IMG/VR virus record: IMGVR_UViG_3300036832_000539
Coordinates: 1 to 48,652 of that record
Source: a virus
DNA length: 48,652 nucleotides
Direction: 5' to 3' (one strand)
The position numbers and the translations under genes were made by a program. Positions 7,055 through 13,946 of this stretch are shown here, piece after piece; position 1 is the stretch's first letter; each line of letters begins with the position of its first letter. The notes below the pieces were generated by a model, which was not told where the DNA came from, made no database searches, and saw nothing but the letters and a program-made list of their open reading frames with translations.

Positions 7055-7266
7055 GCCAATAGATCCTGTATGTTGATGGTTATCGGTCTGCCCTTCACAA
7101 AGGGCAGTTCGCCGGCCTTTCGGAGCCGTTGAATTTTCTTTGTCGAGCAACGCAACAGCGTGGCGGCTTCCTCCTGTGTCAAGAACGCGACAGGTATAGA
7201 CCGTATCGCCGTATTGGTCTGCGCAGCAATTAGCTCTAGCAATTCAGTATTATTCGGATGCGTCAT
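6871..7266 (-). CDS. xis: Excisionase-like / MerR-type HTH protein. The recognisable domain ends near 7060; the tail overlaps int in another frame.
   Basis: Sequence LTQEEAATLLRCSTKKIQRLRKAGELPFVKGRPITINIQDL is typical of small phage excisionase/HTH_17 proteins, and the gene sits immediately upstream of int. Confidence 0.55.
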   Translation of the reverse strand: MTHPNNTELLELIAAQTNTAIRSIPVAFLTQEEAATLLRCSTKKIQRLRKAGELPFVKGRPITINIQDLLACIRRRTLSKTTEGSGKSSGSIATPVAARMAARLAQVRLRGLRQSATTSNGAKRKATRSKR

Positions 7267-7879
7267 CGGTTTCTGCCGCGGTTGATGCTTTCATCTCTTC
7301 AACGATTATGCCGAGTTCCATAGCTTTCTTAAAAGGTAATACGATGTTTATTTGGACTTGCATCAGATTAGGATTGTCGACCAGCAACGCGAATTGAACC
7401 GCAGAGTGCTGCCGGTTGCGTGTCAGGGGACGGTTCATCGCTTCTGCCCCCATCAGATCCTCGGGAGTGCAATCGAGAACCGTGGCAATCTTCTTGAGAT
7501 TATCCGGTTCCGGTAGCCCCGCGCCGGCCAGATAGGCCGAAATTCGATCCCTGTTCCTTGCGACCGAGTGTCCTCTACTGTCGGTCGTCGATCCCCAGAT
7601 CTCTCGGGCGAGCTGGCTCTGGGACAAGCCCTTCGCCGTCATGTAGCGTTCGAGTTGGACGGGAAAATCCGTCTGTTTGTTTTTGGCGGTTAGTGCCATC
7701 ATCGTCATGTTGGTTTTGGGGCCGCCTGGGTTGTAAGCAACCCAGGCGTCCGGGTTCATCTGAACTGGCATTTTTGGTTGCGCTCCCAGAGGATTAACTT
7801 TGTCTTTTTGTGTCCTGTCTTTTTTAGCGCTAACAGCTTTCGGGCGTCTTGTCGAGGGGGAAGTAGGAGTATTTTTCAT
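7250..7879 (-). CDS. XRE/CI-type HTH repressor, 209 aa
   Basis: Cro/C1-type HTH segments GLSQSQLAREIWG and ISAYLAGAGLPEPDNLKKIATVLDCTPEDL. It is divergent from the early plus-strand operon. Confidence 0.75.
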   Translation of the reverse strand: MKNTPTSPSTRRPKAVSAKKDRTQKDKVNPLGAQPKMPVQMNPDAWVAYNPGGPKTNMTMMALTAKNKQTDFPVQLERYMTAKGLSQSQLAREIWGSTTDSRGHSVARNRDRISAYLAGAGLPEPDNLKKIATVLDCTPEDLMGAEAMNRPLTRNRQHSAVQFALLVDNPNLMQVQINIVLPFKKAMELGIIVEEMKASTAAETDDASE

Positions 7880-7967
7880 GGTGCGTGTCCTCGCTGTCGA
7901 TCCTGAAGGGGGGGGAGGGGGGAGTAGGAGAATTTTTCATGACGCGTGTCCTTGCTGTAGATCCTGG
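7862..7967. repeat. 61-bp-period tandem duplication of the divergent start region (copies at 7862-7906 and 7923-7967), separated by G8 and G6 tracts
   Basis: AGTAGGAGTATTTTTCATGGTGCGTGTCCTCGCTGTCGATCCTG versus AGTAGGAGAATTTTTCATGACGCGTGTCCTTGCTGTAGATCCTG: 39 of 44 positions identical. G8 at 7908-7915 and G6 at 7917-7922. Confidence 0.85.
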
Positions 7968-8490
7968 GTTGACGGGAGCCTTGGCTTGTTACGATGACGA
8001 ATTGACCGGCCTTGTCCTGCAGGACATGCCGATCGCCCAACGCCGCACCGGCGGCGGAAGAGAAATTCTCGAAGCAGAGCTTGCACGGATCATCCGGTCC
8101 CTGTGTCCTGACGAAGCGGTCGTCGAGCGCGTCCACAGCCTCCCAAAGCAGGGTGTCGTCTCAACGTTTAATTTTGGTGTCGGGTATGGCATCGTCAAAG
8201 GCATCCTCGCGGCGTTGTCGGTCCCAACAACGTTTATGACCCCACAAGAATGGCGCCGGATTGCGCGCGTTGACGGTACGCCAGGCGACAAAGGGGCGTC
8301 CCGGATACGCGCGTCGCAGCTTTATCCTGCTCAGGCATCAATGTTCTTTCGCTCGAAGGACCACGGCCGGGCGGATGCCGCGCTTCTTGCATATGCGTAT
8401 ATGCAGTCTCGCAACAACGGTGCGCATTTTATACAAAATATCTTGCCCCCCTGTGAACCGGCCTGTGCCAAGCCTAGGATACGCGCCTAA
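7939..8490 (+). CDS. ruvC: RuvC-like Holliday junction resolvase
   Basis: MTRVLAVDPGLTGALA (catalytic Asp), VVERVHSL (Glu) and HGRADAALLAYA (Asp). The ATG at 7939 follows GGAGTAGGAG. Confidence 0.75.
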   Translation: MTRVLAVDPGLTGALACYDDELTGLVLQDMPIAQRRTGGGREILEAELARIIRSLCPDEAVVERVHSLPKQGVVSTFNFGVGYGIVKGILAALSVPTTFMTPQEWRRIARVDGTPGDKGASRIRASQLYPAQASMFFRSKDHGRADAALLAYAYMQSRNNGAHFIQNILPPCEPACAKPRIRA

Positions 8491-8541
8491 ACTTGCGAGA
8501 AAATTAACCCCCAAAATAATCTTGACGTCGCCCGCCGTAGG

Positions 8542-9996
8542 GTGTGTCATTCGGCGTCGCATCAAACACTCACCAACGGCCCGCCGATGCCCGTCGCCGC
8601 CCTCCCCCGCGGCGTCGACCAGCAAGTCGATGCCCTTCGTCCTTACCAGCAGCACGGTGTCCGCTGGTTGCGAAGCGCAACCTCGATTAACCCGCACCGC
8701 TTTCTGGTGTTTGAGGCGGGCCTGGGCAAGACCCGGGTCGCCATCCAGGCGGCCTATGAAATCAACGCGCAGAACGTCCTCGTGATCTGCCCGGCTGTCG
8801 CCCGTATCGTCTGGACTGCCGAACTCGATAAGTGGTGGCCCAAGTGGCCTGCCGGCCGGCCGCCAGCCTTGTTGGTGGTCGAGTCGGGACATGCGAACCG
8901 CTACAGGTTTCGCGATGTCCCGCGTCCTGGGTGGACGGTGATCGGTTATCCCAACCTGTCGATGAAAGACAACGCCTGGATCAAGGTTCTCGCCGCGAAA
9001 CAGTGGGACCTCCTGATCATCGACGAGTGCCAATATCTAAAGGGCAGCTCGAACCGCACCCATGCCGTGTACGGCAAAGGCTTTGCTGCCCTACCCGGTT
9101 CCCTCGCTGGCGCGGCGGACAGAGTATGGCTCCTGTCGGGCACCCCCGCGCCAAATCACGCGGGTGAGCTGTTCCCGCACATCAACGCGCTCTTTAAGGA
9201 GATCCTGCCGCCCGGGGTGCGGCACATTTGGGAGTTCGAGGATCGTTTCTGCAACGTCAGCAACACGGTCTTTGGCCGGCGGATCAGCGGCTCAAATGTG
9301 AACCGCCTGGCGGATCTGCGCACGCGTCTGGGACCCTACGTCTTGCGACGCCGACAGGACGACGTCCTGAAAGAGCTGCCGCCGATGGCGTTCTACGACA
9401 CACCGATCGACGCCAAGATCACCCCCATCAACAACCGTGTCGTCGACGCCAAGGACGACGACCACCTGATCCGCGCCTTGCGCGCCGAGGAAACCAACCT
9501 CGCGACTGACCGGCGCGAACTCGGTGAGAGCAAAGTACCCGGGGCCGTGGCATTCTGCGAGGAATTGCTGACTGAGATGCGGATTGGCCAGCAGAAATTA
9601 GTATGCTTTGCTTATCACAAAGCGGTGATCGCCGGTCTTGCCGCTGGCCTCCGCGATTGGGACCCGCAAGTCTTAGACGGCAGTACGTCACAACGCGAGC
9701 GCGCGGCAGCGATCTATGATTTCACCCACAACCAACACAACGCCAATGTGTTTATCGGTCAGATCCAAGCTGCGGGAACCGCGATCACACTGACATCTGC
9801 GTCGGTTTGTGTCTTTGTTGAAGTGTCCTGGGTGCCCGGCGAGAACTATCAAGCAGCGATGCGAGTGCATCGCCTCGGTCAGAGACGGGCGTGCGCAGCA
9901 TATTTCCTCTATGTCCCCGGTTCGCTCGATCAGCGGATCATGGGCGCCTACCGGCGCAAAGCCGGGCAGCTACTACAACTTTGGGACCGGCGTTGA
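8542..9996 (+). CDS. SNF2-family (SF2) DNA helicase/translocase
   Basis: LRPYQQHGVRWL, DExH box LIIDECQYLKG, LLSGTPAPNH, and C-terminal helicase motifs GQIQAAGTAITLT and AMRVHRLGQRR. The start is uncertain (GTG 8542 or ATG 8587). Confidence 0.85.
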   Translation: MCHSASHQTLTNGPPMPVAALPRGVDQQVDALRPYQQHGVRWLRSATSINPHRFLVFEAGLGKTRVAIQAAYEINAQNVLVICPAVARIVWTAELDKWWPKWPAGRPPALLVVESGHANRYRFRDVPRPGWTVIGYPNLSMKDNAWIKVLAAKQWDLLIIDECQYLKGSSNRTHAVYGKGFAALPGSLAGAADRVWLLSGTPAPNHAGELFPHINALFKEILPPGVRHIWEFEDRFCNVSNTVFGRRISGSNVNRLADLRTRLGPYVLRRRQDDVLKELPPMAFYDTPIDAKITPINNRVVDAKDDDHLIRALRAEETNLATDRRELGESKVPGAVAFCEELLTEMRIGQQKLVCFAYHKAVIAGLAAGLRDWDPQVLDGSTSQRERAAAIYDFTHNQHNANVFIGQIQAAGTAITLTSASVCVFVEVSWVPGENYQAAMRVHRLGQRRACAAYFLYVPGSLDQRIMGAYRRKAGQLLQLWDRR

Positions 9997-10023
9997 TGCC
10001 GGCCGGAACAGGGAGACTGAACC

Positions 10024-10512
10024 TTGCCAGATGACCATGACTATCATGTCGTTTCGCTCAACCTTCACGGTCGCACGATCGACGATCTCAAGGAGAATTT
10101 CTGCCGTGTCGGCGAGCAGTTTTTTGGCCTGAGTTTTGGCCCGGGTGGTAGTTCGTCGAACGGGCACGATGTCAACCCGACACCGCCGGCAGCGGCGGAG
10201 ACGCCGCCTGGGACGCGGCGCCGGCGGTCCCGCGAGGCGTCAGCCGCGGCCGATCCGCCGGCCCAGGTCGATGACGACAAGCCGCCGGTGCGTGATGAAG
10301 TCATCGACAAGCTGAAGCAGTGTTACAGCTTCTCCCCTGTCGGGGCCGAGAAGGTGATCGCCCTGCAAGTCAAGATGGGCGTCAAGCGCTTTAACGACGT
10401 GCCCGAAGGCAAGCTGGACGAACTGGCTGACCAAGCCAACCGGCTTTGGAACGAGCTGCACGGTGCGCCGCCGCCACCGCCGGCCCCCGCGGCGGATACC
10501 GGACCATTCTGA
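10024..10512 (+). CDS. Hypothetical protein, 162 aa, with a Pro/Ala-rich linker
   Basis: Consistent GC3 bias. TTG start. The stop abuts the next ATG. Confidence 0.5.
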   Translation: MPDDHDYHVVSLNLHGRTIDDLKENFCRVGEQFFGLSFGPGGSSSNGHDVNPTPPAAAETPPGTRRRRSREASAAADPPAQVDDDKPPVRDEVIDKLKQCYSFSPVGAEKVIALQVKMGVKRFNDVPEGKLDELADQANRLWNELHGAPPPPPAPAADTGPF

Positions 10513-11754
10513 ATGGTCGCGCACTCTGCCCTTGGTGCCTCGTCCGCTGCGCGTTGGATGACCTGCCCCGGCTCGTTTCGCGTCTCACAGAGCGTGAATG
10601 ACCGAGGTCGGTCATCCCTCTGGGCAGCGACCGGCAGCGTCGCCCACGGTGTCGCCGAGCGCGTGCTGCTCAATGGCGGCCCCGTCGACCGGGACCTGGG
10701 ACAGACCACCAACTACGACGGCCACGACATCACCATCGACCAAGAGATGATCGAGGCCGTCGAGATCTATCTAAACGCTGTCGACCCGATCATCGCCGAG
10801 GCGGATTACTGGAAAGCCGAACAGCGGGTCGAGTTGACCAGTTACTGGTATCCCAACAACCCGCCCGTCGATCTTTTTGGCACCTGTGATCTGCTTGCCT
10901 ACAATCGCAAGCGCCGCCGGCTGACGATCGCCGACTATAAGAATGGCGCCGGCGTCTACGTCGAGCATACCGACAACAAGCAGATGTTTTATTATGCCGC
11001 CGGCGCCCTGGCTCTTCTCAGGTGGGCCTTTCCCAACGAGGACCCCCTCGACGTCGAGATGATCATCGTCCAGCCGCGCGTCCCGGGCCACGAGCCTGTG
11101 CGCTCCTACGTCCTGCCGGTGATCGACATCCTGATCTGGGTCCGGGCTGAGCTGATGCCGGCGGTGGCTGCGACGCAGGCCACCGACGCCCCCCTGGTCC
11201 TGGGATCAGGCGATCACAATCATTGCCGCTGGTGCCCCGGCCGCGTGATCTGCCCGGCGATGCTGGCAACACGTGCCCAGCACGTGTTTGACCCGGTGAC
11301 CGAGGGCGACGGCCCCGAAGTTCACGACGCGACTGACGGTGAACTCGCGACCTTCCTCGATGACGCCGAACGCCTCGATGTGTGGATCGCCGCGGTGCGC
11401 GAGGAAGCCCTGCAGCGCATGCAGAACGACGGCGCCCGCGTCCCAGGTTGGGGCCTTACCCCGACACGTCCCAGGCGCGTCTGGCGCGACGAGGACGAAC
11501 TTGAGGAAGCCGTCAAGAAGCTGGTCCGCACCGGCGTCCCCGGCCCCTTTGGCGAGTTCTCGCCCTACAGCCCGGCCCAGATGGAGAAACACGTATCCGC
11601 CAAGACATGGCGCGAGCTTCAAGCCCTGGTCGATGTGCGCTCGTCAGGGGTCAAAATAGCGCGCACTAATCCACTACCGGAACCTTTTGACCCTACGAAA
11701 ACGAAGGAACCGGCATCATGGTCGACATTGCTCTCACGCCTACAGGTATTCTGA
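10513..11754 (+). CDS. PD-(D/E)XK nuclease, DUF2800/Cas4-like family
   Basis: N-terminal SALGASSAARWMTCPGS, nuclease core GTCDLLAY...IADYKNG, and C-terminal Cys cluster HCRWCPGRVICPA. It sits in the canonical position next to a DUF2815-like gene and PolA. Confidence 0.75.
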   Translation: MVAHSALGASSAARWMTCPGSFRVSQSVNDRGRSSLWAATGSVAHGVAERVLLNGGPVDRDLGQTTNYDGHDITIDQEMIEAVEIYLNAVDPIIAEADYWKAEQRVELTSYWYPNNPPVDLFGTCDLLAYNRKRRRLTIADYKNGAGVYVEHTDNKQMFYYAAGALALLRWAFPNEDPLDVEMIIVQPRVPGHEPVRSYVLPVIDILIWVRAELMPAVAATQATDAPLVLGSGDHNHCRWCPGRVICPAMLATRAQHVFDPVTEGDGPEVHDATDGELATFLDDAERLDVWIAAVREEALQRMQNDGARVPGWGLTPTRPRRVWRDEDELEEAVKKLVRTGVPGPFGEFSPYSPAQMEKHVSAKTWRELQALVDVRSSGVKIARTNPLPEPFDPTKTKEPASWSTLLSRLQVF

Positions 11755-12296
11755 GCTATCCGCATCTCTTCAAGGCGCGTGCCGTAAACGAGCAAAGCGA
11801 GCCGCGGTTTAGCTGCAACCTCATCTTTGATAAGACCGCGCAGAACACACCGGAGTTTCAGCAACTCCGTAAACTCGCGATGGCCGCGGCGGTCACCAAG
11901 TTTGGCCAAGCCAAGCTGGATGACCCCAAGTTTATCGCGCGGCTGCGCCGGCCGTTCCGGCCCTGTGCCGATCGTCCCGGCGTCATGGGCTACGACGTCC
12001 CGGACGGCGTTTTTATTAACCCCTGGTCGCAGTTGCCGCCCAAGGTTGTCGGTCCCGACGCCCAGGAGATCACGGTGCCCTCCGACGTCTTCCCCGGGCA
12101 AAAGGCACGCGTTCAGGTGAACGCGTTCGCCTACGACAACGCCGGCAACATCGGCGTGAGTTTTGGGCTGCAAGCGGTCCAGATCACCCGCCGCAACATG
12201 CCGCGGCTGGATGGCCGCACCATCCTCCCCTTTGACCGCTCGACGGAGGAAGACGATGACGTCTTTGGTGGAACCGGCGACGACATGCCGTTCTAA
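11718..12296 (+). CDS. DUF2815-type single-stranded-DNA-binding-like protein
   Basis: N-terminal ILSYPHLFKARAV and an acidic SSB-like C-terminal tip DDDVFGGTGDDMPF. Gene order with the DUF2800 nuclease and PolA supports the call. Confidence 0.65.
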   Translation: MVDIALTPTGILSYPHLFKARAVNEQSEPRFSCNLIFDKTAQNTPEFQQLRKLAMAAAVTKFGQAKLDDPKFIARLRRPFRPCADRPGVMGYDVPDGVFINPWSQLPPKVVGPDAQEITVPSDVFPGQKARVQVNAFAYDNAGNIGVSFGLQAVQITRRNMPRLDGRTILPFDRSTEEDDDVFGGTGDDMPF

Positions 12297-12462
12297 GCTA
12301 AAGGATGCTTTCGTTTTGCTCGATCGCGCCATCCGTGACTACCGTCACGCGACGGCCGATCAGCGACGCCAGCAGAGTACCGCGCTCTACGCCCCTGAAG
12401 AGCGCTGGGACATGGTCATCAAGGCGCGGCACGTCCTCGAAGAGATAGAGCCGCTTTTATGA
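12256..12462 (+). CDS. Hypothetical small protein (start uncertain)
   Basis: The ORF overlaps the SSB-like gene's end. The ATG at 12256 or the TTG at 12316 are possible starts. Its stop overlaps the next ATG (ATGA). Confidence 0.35.
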   Translation: MTSLVEPATTCRSKLKDAFVLLDRAIRDYRHATADQRRQQSTALYAPEERWDMVIKARHVLEEIEPLL

Positions 12463-12731
12463 CCAGCGCACTGTCCGCCAGCTTTTGCCTCAAGCTGGCC
12501 AAGGCTGGCGGACGCCTTACCCTGCGTGAGGCGATCATCCTGCACCGCGTCCTGACCACCCAGGAAGTCCTGACCGCGACCGATCTGGCCAGGACGCTGA
12601 TCGCCCCGCAGCCGAGCATTTCGCGCTGCATCGCGCGGCTCGAATTTCTCGGCTTTATCCGGCGCACGCGCGGCCACGCGAACACGCGTGCCCTGTTGGC
12701 TACCGTCAAAGGTCGGGAGTTGCTGATGTGA
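12459..12731 (+). CDS. MarR-like winged-helix transcriptional regulator, 90 aa
   Basis: LTLREAIILHRVL...LTATDLARTLIAPQPSISRCIARLEFLGFIRR matches the MarR HTH-wing pattern. Confidence 0.6.
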   Translation: MTSALSASFCLKLAKAGGRLTLREAIILHRVLTTQEVLTATDLARTLIAPQPSISRCIARLEFLGFIRRTRGHANTRALLATVKGRELLM

Positions 12732-13144
12732 TCGAAGAGAGCGATCTGAACCGGGCGAAAGCCCTGCTTGATAAAGTGGGGCGCGCTCATGGAAGGGAAG
12801 TCCACAGTCGCTACTACGAAGACAATCCGTTCGCTGTTAGAGCGGTGGTGAAAGCCTTCGCCGCCATCCGCGCCGAGGCCAAGGCCGAGCAGCTCGCAGC
12901 GGATGTGGCGGCGGTGCGGGACTTTGATGGTGATGGTATGGCGCACGAAACTGCTGCCGACTTCCTCGAACAGACGGGAGGCACCGTCGAGAAGGTAACA
13001 GCCCCGACCCCGCCAGCGGAGGATTGGGAAGAAGCACAACGGCGTGCGGATGCTGGAGTGCCGATGCCGGTAGCTCCGACCCCGCCAGCGAGCGATCCGC
13101 CAAGAGCCACACAGGCTGATGCCGATGATCGACGCGATCTTTAA
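12728..13144 (+). CDS. Hypothetical protein, 138 aa
   Basis: The GTG start overlaps the upstream stop. GC3 bias is present. Confidence 0.45.
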   Translation: MIEESDLNRAKALLDKVGRAHGREVHSRYYEDNPFAVRAVVKAFAAIRAEAKAEQLAADVAAVRDFDGDGMAHETAADFLEQTGGTVEKVTAPTPPAEDWEEAQRRADAGVPMPVAPTPPASDPPRATQADADDRRDL

Positions 13145-13946
13145 CCCTCTCAACCAGTGGGCCGTGCCGATGAAACCGCTTTACTGGACACTCAACGAGG
13201 ACGAACAGAAGATCTACCGCGAACTCCTGAAAAAGCGCCCTGACGGCTGGGAGAATTACCCCGAATTTGAGGAAGATCTGCGACAGGCGATTGATAAATG
13301 GAAGTACCAAGCCATGTGGCGCGCGCGCGAGCGACTAGAAGCTGAGCGGCGAAAGGAAGAGATCCGGCGGAACAATTTTTATTATCGCCATAAACGTGAA
13401 GAGACAGAAGCAGACCGGCAAAAAGCCGCTGAATTTCAAAAACACGTTAAGCAGCTAGCCGTGCGGCGAGCCGAGCTACACGCCGTCTTGAAAGACGAGT
13501 TCACCGCGCATGGCGGCCGTACCAATTGGATTTTGCACGAGAAACAGACGCGCACTTATAAATCGATTGGCGATCAGCTTGGTATAACCGGCTGGCGCGT
13601 CCGGGAGATCTGTCACAAGGAAGCGCGTATTCGCGAATGGCGCCGGCTGCACCCTCACCCACCACCGCCGCAGCCTAAGCTGGAAGAGATGATCCCCGAG
13701 GAAATTCTACAGTATCCGGCCGAGGACCTTGAGCTGTCGGTTCGCCCGGCCAACTGTCTGAAAAACGAGAACATCAGAACGATTGGCGAGCTGCTTAAAT
13801 ACTCGCCAGCCATGCTGTTGCGTGTGCCCAATTTCGGCAAAGTCTCATTGCGAGAGATCCAGCAGCTTCTCGGGGATCTGGGCCTTTCACTGCCACCGAA
13901 CTGGCATCCAAGAGATGGAGATGATTGGCCACCGTCTGATTATTGA
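13119..13946 (+). CDS. Fusion protein: coiled-coil N-terminus, sigma70 region-4-like HTH, Pro linker, RNA polymerase alpha C-terminal domain (alpha-CTD)-like domain
   Basis: TYKSIGDQLGITGWRVREICHKEARIREW resembles sigma region 4.2. DLELSVRPANCLKNENIRTIGELLKYSPAMLLRVPNFGKVSLREIQQLLGDLGLSL closely resembles E. coli RpoA alpha-CTD ([56 protein letters not shown], recalled from memory). An alternative start lies at 13170. Confidence 0.75.
   Translation: MPMIDAIFNPLNQWAVPMKPLYWTLNEDEQKIYRELLKKRPDGWENYPEFEEDLRQAIDKWKYQAMWRARERLEAERRKEEIRRNNFYYRHKREETEADRQKAAEFQKHVKQLAVRRAELHAVLKDEFTAHGGRTNWILHEKQTRTYKSIGDQLGITGWRVREICHKEARIREWRRLHPHPPPPQPKLEEMIPEEILQYPAEDLELSVRPANCLKNENIRTIGELLKYSPAMLLRVPNFGKVSLREIQQLLGDLGLSLPPNWHPRDGDDWPPSDY

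Noticed and set aside
7800-8136. ORFs 7800..7997 (+, 65 aa) and 7876..8136 (-, 86 aa) in the switch region
   Set aside because: They arise from the duplicated start region and read out of frame into the repressor or RuvC-like genes. No independent support exists.
8338-9033. 231-aa minus-strand ORF
   Set aside because: It is antisense to the well-supported SNF2 helicase gene, has no motifs, and has the typical shadow-frame composition of a GC-rich gene.
12419-13153. 244-aa minus-strand ORF
   Set aside because: It is antisense to three tightly coupled plus-strand genes, including the MarR-like one. Its Arg/Ser/Cys-rich composition marks it as a shadow ORF.
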